Part shown: piece after piece, positions 25,701 through 36,196 of the stretch
How the letters are laid out: each line of letters opens with the position of its first letter
Position numbering within the stretch: the first letter of the stretch is position 1
Assembly: GCA_950097015.1 (NCBI GenBank)
Contig: CATNEN010000009.1
Coordinates: forward strand, 1,116,001 to 1,180,000
Direction: 5' to 3'
Length of the DNA: 64,000 nt
Source: Macrostomum hystrix
Taxonomy: Eukaryota > Animalia > Platyhelminthes
Made by a program: the position numbers and the translations under genes
Notes under the pieces: generated by a model
The model's database searches: none
The model's input: the letters and a program-made list of their open reading frames with translations, nothing else
What the model was told of the DNA's origin: nothing

Positions 25701-28700
25701 CAATCTATCATGCCGAACTCTAGTTGTATTTTCTGCTACTCTTCCTTCCACCAAGTTTGCTCGATTATCAGTGGCGGTTCTCAGAGTGGCGATGTCTGAT
25801 CTCAGAATGGCGATGTCTGATCTCAGAGTGGCGATGTCTGATCTCAGAGTGGCGATGTCTGATCTCAGAGTGGCGATGTCTGATCTCAGAGTGGTGATGT
25901 CTGATCTCAGAGTGGCGATGTCTGATCTCAGAGTGGCGATGTCTGATCTCAGAGTGGTGATGTCTGATCTCAGAGTGGCGATGTCTGATCTCAGAGTGGC
26001 GATGTCTAATCTCAGAGTGGCGATGTCTAATCTCAGAGTGGTGATGTCTGATCTCAGAGTGGCGATGTCTGATCTCAGAGTGGTGATGTCTGATCTCAGA
26101 GTGGCGATGTCTGATCTCAGAGTGGCGATGTCTAATCTCAGAGTGGCGATGTCTAATCTCAGAGTGGTGATGTCTGATCTCAGAGTGGCGATGTCTGATC
26201 TCAGAGTGGTGATGTCTGATCTCAGAGTGGCGATGTCTGATCTCAGAGTGGCGATGTCTGATCTCAGAGTGGTTATCGCTGCAACAAGAGTATCAAGTGT
26301 ATCCCGATCACGAACAAACTGTAAATATAGTCTGTCACTCTCTTCCTTCTGCTTTGCTACGTTCAACCGCAGGTCTTCCATGTTTATTTGTTGTTGGTGT
26401 GTTCAGCGCTCTAAGGGCTTTCAAGCGATCTCTGATGGGTTTGATTTCTGGATTTTTTTCGTCAACATTTATATAGTTGTATAGATTTATAGCTATATAA
26501 ATGTTGCGCCTGTCAAGATATGAAACTTGAGCACTAGTGAGTGTGCTTCCGCGATCCAACGATTCACCTGCAAAATTAATTTACATTTTTACTAGCAAAT
26601 TTTAAATTGCAGTTCTTTTTTCCTGATTGATCGTCACAGGTAAGGTTGATTCCACTTTTCAAAAGCAAAGATTAACGAATTCCTCCTGTGAAATCTTTCT
26701 GTTGGAGTTTTTTGTTGGATTTATAAAATAGGCAGGCGCAATGACCTCATTGTAAAATCTGTTTAGCCTGCCCTGTGGAATGGTTGGAAACAGGAGGATC
26801 AGATTGCAGTTCCCGCGAATTGTTTTGTTCGGGAGCTCGAACCAGTTCTGGGCAATGTAAATTACATTACAATTGTTGTGCCGTCCTCTTGTAAAATAGT
26901 TTTCTATCTGCTTCTGTGGGCCTGTCATGCAATTATCAAAGACAATCAAATGCTTTCTCCCCTTTTCTAGCTCATCTGGTTGGGGTAGAAGTTTGGTCTT
27001 TGGATCAATCTGTGGGTCTCCATAGGTGAGCACTTTAATGTGCTGCCATTATCATTGTCTTGCATGCGTTTTGCACATTCGGCAGCTACAATTTCTGGGT
27101 TATTGTGAAGGCTTTTTGGTTATTAAAACATGCATTAATGTCCTCTTTGTCCAGTTTGTTTTGAAGTCCTGCAAGCAGCATTTTATACTCATCTTGATAC
27201 TCATCTTGATACTCATCTTGATACTCATCTTGACACTCATCTTGACACTCATCTTGACACTCATCTTGACACTCATCTTGACACTCATCTTGACACTCAT
27301 CTTGACACTCATCTTGACACTCATCTTGACACTCATCTTGACACTCATCTTGACACTCATCTTGACACTCATCTTGACACTCATCTTGATACTCATCTTG
27401 ACACTCATCTTGACACTCATCTTGACACTCATCTTGATACTCATCTTGACACTCATCTTGATACTCATCTTGACACTCATCTTGACACTCATCTTGATAC
27501 TCATCTTGATACTCATCTTGATACTCATCTTGACACTCATCTTGACACTCATCTTGACACTCATCTTGATACTCATCTTGATACTCATCTTGATACTCAT
27601 CTTGATACTCATCTTGACACTCATCTTGACACTCATCTTGATACTCATCTTGATACTCATCTTGATACTCATCTTGACACTCATCTTGACACTCATCTTG
27701 ACACTCATCTTGATACTCATCTTGACACTCATCTTGATACTCATCTTGATACTCATCTTGACACTCATCTTGACACTCATCTTGATACTCATCTTGACAC
27801 TCATCTTGACACTCATCTTGACACTCATCTTGACACTCATCTTGACACTGTGGGAGAGTAGATGTGCGGAGTGTCATAGTCTAGGAATCCAGGTCTCAGA
27901 AGCATATCAAATACTCTGAATGTCTTTCCACTGCCAGATGTTCCAACAACAATGCATCTGAAGTGACTCGGGAATGACTCATTATGAGAAAACTTTAGCT
28001 GATTACGCGTCCAGTGAGGATTGATGTCCATTTTTCACCCAGGAAAAAATTATAAACAATAATTTCGAATCTCGTCGAGAGGTGTGTCATTTTGGGACTG
28101 ATATGTCTTTTGGGGACTTATATATGTCATTTTGGGACTTGCCTTTGTCATTTTGGGACTAGTCTTGTACCCTCGGAAAGTACCCTCTTGTCAAATTTGA
28201 AACCACTTTCCTTTTTTATGCTATCTCTTATCTTCTCATAGATTGCAGATCCACACTGTCTGGATTTGGAGCAAGTGGTTGAATCCCTGGGAGTGTTTTC
28301 CATTCAGTTACAGTATCCTTTATCTTTTTAGCCGCAGTAACAACACTGCCAACTGATTCTGCTACGTTCTTAATATTGTCTTTGCTATCACTAATAACTT
28401 TAAAGATCCGAGCACCCTGTGCAATTATATCAGCAAGACCTGAGCTTTCTTTCCACGGATAGCGGCCTGCTGGGAAAAGTCCAGATCCACGCTTTGTTCG
28501 ATTAAGTTCCTATTTGTCATAATTTTTGTCAACTTCATACGAGGTGCGGTCAAGTTCAAGTGAGACAAACGCAATATCTATGGTAAATCCCACCCGATCA
28601 TCTTCGCAAGTGTTTCATATTTTAGCTAGACTAATACACAATCAGTGACAAAAAATCAGCTTTTTTCATCGACTTCTGCCTTAGCTACAACTTGATAAAG

Positions 28701-31700
28701 TGCATCAGCCACAAGAACCCAAAAAATGGCGGCCTAACAATGGTGACCCCTACTCCCTACTCCCCAGACCTGGCGCCAGCTGACTATTTCCTCTTCCCAA
28801 CGATCAAGGGGGAGCTGGGGGCGTATCAGCGGAGACACCGTCAAGGTGGAGTGGGAGCGAGCCTGCAGCCGCCTTTCGCCAGGTGCCTTCGCCTCAGCCT
28901 TTGACAGGCGGATCGAGCGGCTCAAGAAGTGTGTCGAGATGAAGGGCAACTACGTCGAGAAGGGCTCGAAGATAGCAGAGGACGAATATGGGGCCTTTTC
29001 TGACGTTGACATTTAGAAAATTGAAGAAGCGCAAGAACATCCATTATTTCTGGGCAATAGTACCACATTTTTTGGGTCTCTCGACCTGTACTTTTGTTCA
29101 ATGAGAAAGCGTACAGCTGTTGCTAGTTTTTTTAACTGAAGTTTTGCTAATTGTATGTTAAAATTAATGCTCTTTTAGAATAAATCATCTGCTTTCCCTC
29201 TAAAGTGTTTAATAACGAGGCTGCCGACACTGTCTCACTTGAACTTGACCGCACCTCGTACTTTCATTCTGCCCAGCAGCTGAATATGTTTTATTGTAAC
29301 AATCAAAACCACAAGAACAGACAGCATGCGCTTGATCGTGAGAAGGACCACAGCATCCGCGTCTCCTTTTATCTAAATTGTAGTTAAAGCAATTCCAACT
29401 GATCTGCAGACCTACAGGACGATTTCCACTCAGCCAACCAGCACAATCTCATGAGGATGCTGCCAGCTGCCCTGCACCCTGTTGCGCCTTCCTCAAGTGA
29501 AGCCCGTTTAAGTTTGAGTTTCCTGGCACGCTGTCGAATTTATCCGCTTCCAAATGAGTGCCAGCTACGAATGCCACATAGAGCCTGGTGAACACATCGA
29601 GTATAGTGGTCTACAAAAACAATCACATCACTTTTAAGACCGCTTAAAAAAGTAAATACTGTTGAAGACCTACAGAAGTCCGGCTAATTCACACGTAGAG
29701 ACTGAATGGCTCAGACGGAATCCGAAAGACTTTCAAAGATCGAAGCTAGATGCTGACGAGAACAGAATTAAGTCAGAATCATTTAGCTGTGTGTCAGCAA
29801 CAAGAATAAACTGCATTCCAATATGCAGCATGTCAAGATTATCGGACCTGTTGCCAAATGAACACAATAGTATAGAAAGTAAATTAGCAAACATTTGCTA
29901 AATACTGTTTACTTGAGTTCTGTTGCCTGGTATATCCAAGATATTTGAGAGGCATATGACATGAGAAAATTTTTTTTATTAAAAAAACACATGGAAAAGT
30001 TACGTATGCACACACTTACACTGGAATGCATTCTGTCCGAGACCGAGACTTTTTACTGTACTCCGTGGAAATTCGTATGATCAGCATGGCTGACCATAGA
30101 CTATTTCATCCTTGGCGTGTGGTATTGCATCACTCCATGAAAATCTGAAGCGAATTCTATGCAGTTCTTGCGCATCGGTTTTTTATTCCTTAGACGAATG
30201 GGTGGGTAGCTGTAACGCAAAGCGTCTATGTCCTAAACCTTCCAGCCCTATATATGTACAGTAAGCTGTTGTCCTTCACTGCAGTCTTTCTCTGCCCCCT
30301 CCAAGCTCACTGTGCCTGTGTGAAAAACTGTCTACTTGAGTGGCATGGACCAACTTATTACCAGCGACGAATCGTTTAGCGACTCCAGCAGTTCAGCATC
30401 GAGCCAAGAGTTAGCCATCGAGAGTAACAGTGAGGAGGACAACGATGAAGCTGATGAGAATGGACCTGCTTGGAGTATCGTAAACGATGAAGCTGACGAG
30501 CGATCTGGAATAACTGCCTGAGTTTCTCGGGACATCTGGCGTTACGAATGGCGTGGCATGCAGATCCCAGTGCGCTGAGCTATTTTGAAAAGTTCATTAC
30601 GGAGGACATGATTAATCAGCTAAAGGAGAACACCAATGGTCGGGCTTGGGAGGAACTGCGAAGCTTCGAAGAGCGCAGCGAACTGATAACCAGCCATTGC
30701 CGCCTGGTCTGGCGGATTGGAAATACTGCTCAGCAGCTGAAATAAAAAGACACTTTCCATTATTTTCTATATGGGAATTGTGCGAAAGCCTGAAATCCAG
30801 AGCTACTGGGCTACCAGCAGATTCCACGACAGCCAGTTGTTCCAAAGCGAAAGCTGCCTGTCACGGAACCGATTTCAGATTCTTTCATATCTGAGGTTTT
30901 ATGATTGCCACGATGCCGAAGCTACAGACCCACTGCACAAAATCCGGCCATTTCTTAATAGCTTTTGGCAAGCATGTCAGAGCAACTTTATGCCGGACAG
31001 GGATATTGCAGTTGATGAGGAACTAGTTCATCTAGGTATGGTATAAAGACCTACTGCCTGTGTGATTCGAAAACCGGCTACCTGTGGAATGTCCTAGTCC
31101 ACTCGACATCTGAAGAAAGCAACAAATTCGGCTCAGAGTTCAGTGGCCACAATCTGTCCATTAGCGAGCGCATCGTCGCTGAGCTTTCCAAAGACCTGTT
31201 CGATCTTGGTCATCGAATATTCGTTGACAGCTTTTTTGTTCTTATCGCTTAGCAATGTTCCTCCTTGAGCACAACGCTCTGCTGACTGGAACCATTCGCT
31301 GCAACAGAGGCATCCACCGGAGCTCCTCCAACTGCCAACACCGGCTCCATCACATTGCTACATGCGTAGCGGCGATGTCCTGGCTGTTAAAGTATCGGAC
31401 CGGAAGGCAAGCGGGGTTAAAACTCTGTACCTCATCGATACGTTCGGAACGTATCAGTGACAGTGATTGATTACTCAAAGTCAATGGGCGGTGTCGACAG
31501 AATGGACTCTGCACTTCAGCCATACCATCCGACCAGGAAGATGTACCGCTGGCACCAGAAGCTCGGCATTCATTTCCTGCTGCAGCGGGCGCACAATTCG
31601 TGGATCGTTTATCACCTGTCAGGCGGCACACGCAAGTTTTTGCAGTTTGTGGAGCAGCTGGTTGTTGTCCTCATCGACAGCACTGGGCCAGGCAAGAAGC

Positions 31701-34700
31701 GGTGCTTTCGCCCTGCGCATGCAGCTGCTGGACCTGCTGGCTCGCATCTTCCCTTCAAGCTGGCTGCGATGCCTGAAAACCAGCGTCCTGCTCGTCGCTG
31801 TAGAGTTTGCTATCAAAACGGCAGAAGCAAGCGCACTGTCTTCAGCTGCCAGGAGTGCCCCGGTCAGCCTGGCCTCTGTGTCCCCGAATGCTTTCTTCAA
31901 TGGCACAGCTGAGCTTCGATCTGGGTGACTCGACCATGGAGATGAACTGCTGATTGAATTCCCTCAGTTTAAAAAAAACATCTAGGGATCTGTTTTAATA
32001 ATGGGAGGGTAAACAATAAAGTGTTAAAGGCAACAATATTTCACAGTTTGAAGTATATAAATGCCAACTATACTTGCTCGTGCATCTTTAATCTTTATGT
32101 ATTGTGTTAAATCCCATTTTACTAAATCTCTGATCTTGTATATTCATACAAGAGTTTATACTAAAAAATGATTTATGACAGCTTCGATAGAAAATTTTGA
32201 AGCGGGCCATTTATGTCACTTCCATCGAACTGTAAGTTTAATTACTGTACTGTTCCTGTTAAATTATATTTTTATTTCCTTGCAACTTTTCAGCCCATGT
32301 TTTGTGATGAATTCGTAGCTTGTTTCTTAAGCAGACTCGCGTCAACCTAGCAAATATTCTTGTCTACTCGCAGATCGGATAATTCTTTCTGAATGATTTC
32401 AAGGTCTCTAGTCTGTTCCACATCGTTCCATTCACAGTTTTCTTTTTTTGCAAGTAAATGAACCCAATCCGTATTTTACTGCCACTCTTCGTACGACTTT
32501 TTCGCTGGAGGATTTACGCCCATAGTCACTGTTCCGCATTACTTTGATTTTGTTACATCTACCGATGCAAGATATGATAGGTATCGCAAACAGAACAAAC
32601 CAGGAATGACGTTTTAGCTTTTGAAAACTATGGTCAGCCTGGCTGAGCATGCGGATTTTCACTGGGTGCTGCTTGTGCACGGGGCAGATGAGCCGCAAGT
32701 GCCATAGACTGTCGGAGCCCAGAAAATGTATATGGTCAGCCTGGCTGACCATCGGATTTGAATGGGTTAAGGAAAGATGTTTGCCCTAGAAGTATTTTAA
32801 AATATTACGATGCATAACCAAGTCCAGGTACAAAATGGTAAGTTGCGGGTGGCAATCGTAAACCAAAAAGCAAGCATCAGGCGCTACTCACGTGATGTCG
32901 ACACGAGCATCAATCGACATTGGATCGACGGCATGACCGCTCAGAACTGCTGCAAAGTCAGCATTTCCGAAGCAACAGAGAAGCCAAATGTGTCTTGGCA
33001 GCTGGTCGGATGCGGAACAGGGCAACACCGATGGCTGATTGCTAAACAGCGAATACGAGACGGACGATCCTCGCAAAACAGCCAAATCGGTGGCCGTCAG
33101 AGCGTCCAAATCAGGTAAAATTAGAGCAGATGACTCAAAAAGCTGAACTGCGATGTGCGGAAGCTCCAGCCAGATGGCCAGATGCAGAGGGGTCCAGCCA
33201 GAACTGCTTTTACGATTGACGTCAGCACCAGCAACAATGAGCAACCGGATAAGCTCAGAGTGATCCCATTCAACGGCAAAATGAATAGCCAGGCAGCCAT
33301 GGGTGTTCGGTAGATTGATGCTTGCTCCACATTCGATCAGCTTTCTGGCAATTTCCAAATGCCCTTGAGCAGTTGCTGTGTGAAGTGCTGAACAGCCATC
33401 TTTATTCTGTAGATCGATGCTTGCTCCACAGTCGATCAGCTTTCTGGCAATTTCCAAATGCCCTTGAGCAGTTGCTGTGTGAAGTGCTGAACAGCCATCT
33501 TTATTCTGTAGATCGATGCTTGCTCCACAGTCGATCAGCTTTCCGACCACTCCCAAGTGTCCCTGGAAAGCTGCGCTGTACAGTGGTGACCAGCCATCTT
33601 TATTCTGCAGATCGATGCTTGCTCCACAGTCGATCAGCTTTCCGACCACTTCCAAGTGTCCATTGACTGCTGCGCTGTTCAGTGGTGACCAGCCATCATT
33701 ATCCTGTAGATCGATGCTTGCTCCACAGTCGATCAGCTTTCCGACCACTTCCAAGTGTCCATTGACTGCTGCGCTGTTCAGTGGTGACGAGCCATCATTA
33801 TTCTGTTGATCGATGCTTGCTCCACAGTCGATCAGCTTTCCGACCACTTCCAAGTGTCCTTTTGTCGCTGCGCTGTTCAGTGGTGACGAGCCATCATTAT
33901 TCTGTAGATCGATGCTTGCTCCACAGTCGATCAGCTTTCCGACCACTTCCAAGTGGCCCTCATCAGCTGCGCTGTTCAGTGGTGACCAGCCATATTTATC
34001 CTGTAGATCGATGCTTGCTCCACAGTCGATCAGCTTTCCGACCACTTCCAAGTGTCCCTCATCAGCTGCGCTGTTCAGTGGTGACGAGCCAACATTATTC
34101 TGTAGATCGATGCTTGCTCCACAGTCGATCAGCTTTCCGACCACTTCCAAGTGTCCTTTTGTCGCTGCGCTGTTCAGTGGTGACGAGCCATCATTATTCT
34201 GTTGATCGATGCTTGCTCCACAGTCGATCAGCTTTCCGACCACTTCCAAGTGTCCCTTGACAGCTGCGATGTTCAATGGGGACCAGCCATTATTGTTCTG
34301 TCGATTGATGCTTGCTCCACAGTCGATCAGCTTTCCGACCACTCCCAAGTGTCCCTGGAAAGCTGCGCTGTTCAGTGGTGACCAGCCATCTTTATCCTGT
34401 AGATCGATGCTTGCTCCACAGTCGATCAGCTTTCCGACCACTTCCAAGTGTCCCTGGAAAGCTGCGCTCTTCAGTGGTGACCAGCCATCATTATTCTGTA
34501 GATCGATGCCTGCTCCACAGTCGATCAGCTTTCCGACCACTTCCAAGTGTCCCTGGAAAGCTGCGCTCTTCAGTGGTGACCAGCCATCTTTATTCTGTTG
34601 ATCGATGCTTGCTCCACAGTCGATCAGCTTTCCGACCACTTCCAAGTGGCCCTCATCAGCTGCGCTGTTCAGTGGTGACCAGCCATATTTATTCTGTAGA

Positions 34701-35614
34701 TCGATGCTTGCTCCACAGTCGATCAGCTTTCCGACCTCTCCCAAGTGTCCTTTTTTTGCTGCGCTGTTCAGTGGTGACGAGCCAAATATATTCTGTAGAT
34801 CGATGCTTGCTCCACAGTCGATCAGCTTTCCGACCACTTCCAAGTGTCCCTGGAAAGCTGCGCTCTTCAGTGGTGACCAGCCATCTTTATTCTGTTGATC
34901 GATGCTTGCTCCACAGTCGATCAGCTTTCCGACCACTTCCAAGTGTCCTTTTGTCGCTGCGCTGTTCAGTGGTGACGAGCCATCATTATTCTGTTGATCG
35001 ATGCTTGCTCCACAGTCGATCAGCTTTCCGACCACTTCCAAGTGTCCCTTGACTGCTGCGCTGTTCAGTGGTGACGAGCCATCTTTATCCTGTAGATCGA
35101 TGCTTGCTCCACAGTCGATCAGCTTTCCGACCACTTCCAAGTGTCCATGGACAGCTGCGCTGTTCAGTGGTGACCAGCCATCTTTATCCTGTAGATCGAT
35201 GCTTGCTCCACAGTCGATCAGCTTTCCGACCACTCCCAAGTGTCCTTTTTTTGCTGCGCTGTTCAGTGGTGACGAGCCAAATATATTCTGTCGATCGATG
35301 CTTGCTCCACAGTCGATCAGCTTTCCGACCACTCCCAAGTGTCCTTTTTTTGCTGCGATGTTCAGTGGGGACCAGCCATATTTATTCTGTCGATTGATGC
35401 TTGCCCCACAGTCGATCAGCTTTCCGACTACTCTCAAGTGGCCATGCTCAGCTGCGATGTTCAATAGTGTCCAGCCATCTTTGTTCTGCCGATCGATGCT
35501 TTGATAGAAATAGCAGGAAATAGTTAAGATGATGATAAAGATGAAGATTGAGAGGACGATAATTACAATTAAAAAGTAATTATTCAAATTCTCGTGTTGA
35601 GCGGCATTTGTCAT
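22764..35614 (-). CDS. Ankyrin-repeat cGAS-like receptor (Mab-21/cGLR nucleotidyltransferase), 4 exons, ~1540 aa
   Basis: Exons 35614-32892 (hydrophobic N-terminus plus 24 ANK), 25323-24989 (GSFADG...DSDMD), 24395-22999 (VDQVKAFPC, RVSTTLMERGL, LKTYHAKNLLFY, MRHFFM) and 22931-22764. All three donors are GTGAGT, acceptors end in GCAG, phases 2/1/0 match, total 4623 nt open. The cGLR call is strong; the ANK-to-NTase splice is inferred. Confidence 0.75.
25587..26381 (-). CDS. Coiled-coil protein with 21-bp heptad repeat (LRSDIAT)n, within the Polinton-like segment
   Basis: 264-aa ORF with about 23 heptads and unique N- and C-terminal flanks. Confidence 0.5.
   Translation of the reverse strand: MEDLRLNVAKQKEESDRLYLQFVRDRDTLDTLVAAITTLRSDIATLRSDIATLRSDITTLRSDIATLRSDITTLRLDIATLRLDIATLRSDIATLRSDITTLRSDIATLRSDITTLRLDIATLRLDIATLRSDIATLRSDITTLRSDIATLRSDIATLRSDITTLRSDIATLRSDIATLRSDIATLRSDIAILRSDIATLRTATDNRANLVEGRVAENTTRVRHDRLSSRLTAAESDISELRAEVRTKIERIKQNRNKTHRVFE
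26600..28031 (-). pseudogene. A32/FtsK-HerA-type DNA packaging ATPase, frameshifted and repeat-expanded
   Basis: Walker A CIVVGTSGSGKT (ORF 27837..28031); Walker B LIVFDN, RGRHNN, IYIAQ and TIRGNCN (ORF 26659..27033). Halves are in different frames, separated by a 12-bp array. Confidence 0.8.
27185..27850. repeat. 12-bp tandem repeat (CAAGATGAGTGT / CAAGATGAGTAT on minus strand) inside the ATPase
   Basis: About 55 copies encoding QDEC/QDEY, continuous with QDEYKMLLAGL. Confidence 0.95.
28228..28509 (-). pseudogene. Small amphipathic-helix ORF with KRGSG motif, 5' end disrupted
   Basis: Hand translation (not on ORF track): ELNRTKRGSGLFPAGRYPWKESSGLADIIAQGARIFKVISDSKDNIKNVAESVGSVVTAAKKIKDTVTEWKTLPG...; upstream in-frame TAG and mariner insertion. 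Confidence 0.45.
28540..29258 (+). mobile_element. Internally deleted mariner transposon (719 bp)
   Basis: Perfect 28-bp TIR CGAGGTGCGGTCAAGTTCAAGTGAGACA; TA TSD; YSPDLAPADYFLF motif; C-terminal RLKKCVEMKGNYVEK. Confidence 0.95.
30060..32770 (+). mobile_element. piggyBac DNA transposon with frameshifted transposase (about 30336-31912)
   Basis: DDD residues AVDEE, FVDSFF, GGVDRMD; C-terminal Cys-rich domain CRVC...CQEC...C..EC. Right end ...AATGGG|TTAA (32767-70). Subterminal TATGGTCAGCCTGGCTGA repeats have an inverted match at about 30065-30100; left TIR not found. Confidence 0.85.
33125..35500 (-). repeat. 24 x 99-bp ankyrin coding repeats
   Basis: 33-aa period; repeats 1-20 share GHL(E/G/R)(V/E)VGKLIDCGA, 21-22 are near-identical to each other, 23-24 are divergent caps. 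Confidence 0.97.
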
Positions 35615-36196
35615 TTAGCCGTTTTGGTTCTCTTCTGTTTAGTTAGGCAGAAAAGTGAAATTCGTTGCCATCTTAGAAGAATTTTTGGCGTAATAGAAAA
35701 CTTTATTCAAAGATAACCTCGGCTTCTGTGCATACTGGCGTCTTTTAGTTTGGTGGTTGCTGTCAATGGCAACCTTGACGGAGAGAGCGGTAGGTTTCGT
35801 GGGACAATAGAACTGAGTACAGTGAAGGCAGAATTAAGAAATTCATCTCTCCTCTAACTGGCTGTGTAACGAATGCAAAGCCACAACCATTTTGAGACTC
35901 GAGCTTTGCTGCAGCGCTATCAAATTGGACTCAACTGAGCAGTCCTATCTTGGCCTGCACCTGGGTTTGTGCCGAAAGCGTTGTCCTAGGCACTACACTA
36001 GTTTTATCTCACCACTGTCTGAATATAGATAAATGCCAGCATGATGAATGTAAGATTTGTTTTCAATCCAGAGTTTATCCCAAAAACATACTTTTTTACA
36101 GCAAATTTATCGAGCCTTTGATTGAGTTTAGCAACATTTGCTAAAACTTTGATTTTATTTCATATATGACTAGTATCTGGGTGGCAGAACGCAGGA

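Larger units (their letters stand above)
25388..28530 (-). mobile_element. Decayed Polinton/Maverick (adintovirus)-like segment in the cGLR intron
   Basis: Compact, AT-rich, intronless, partly overlapping ORFs, including an A32/FtsK-type packaging ATPase. No polB, integrase, capsid or TIRs recognised. Confidence 0.7.

Noticed and set aside
33322-35504. Plus-strand ORFs over the ankyrin array
   Set aside because: Antisense shadows of the 99-bp repeat.
32888-35614. Ankyrin ORF as a stand-alone gene
   Set aside because: Its stop lies within a consensus GTGAGT donor whose phase matches the otherwise headless NTase exon. Not formally excluded without RNA data.
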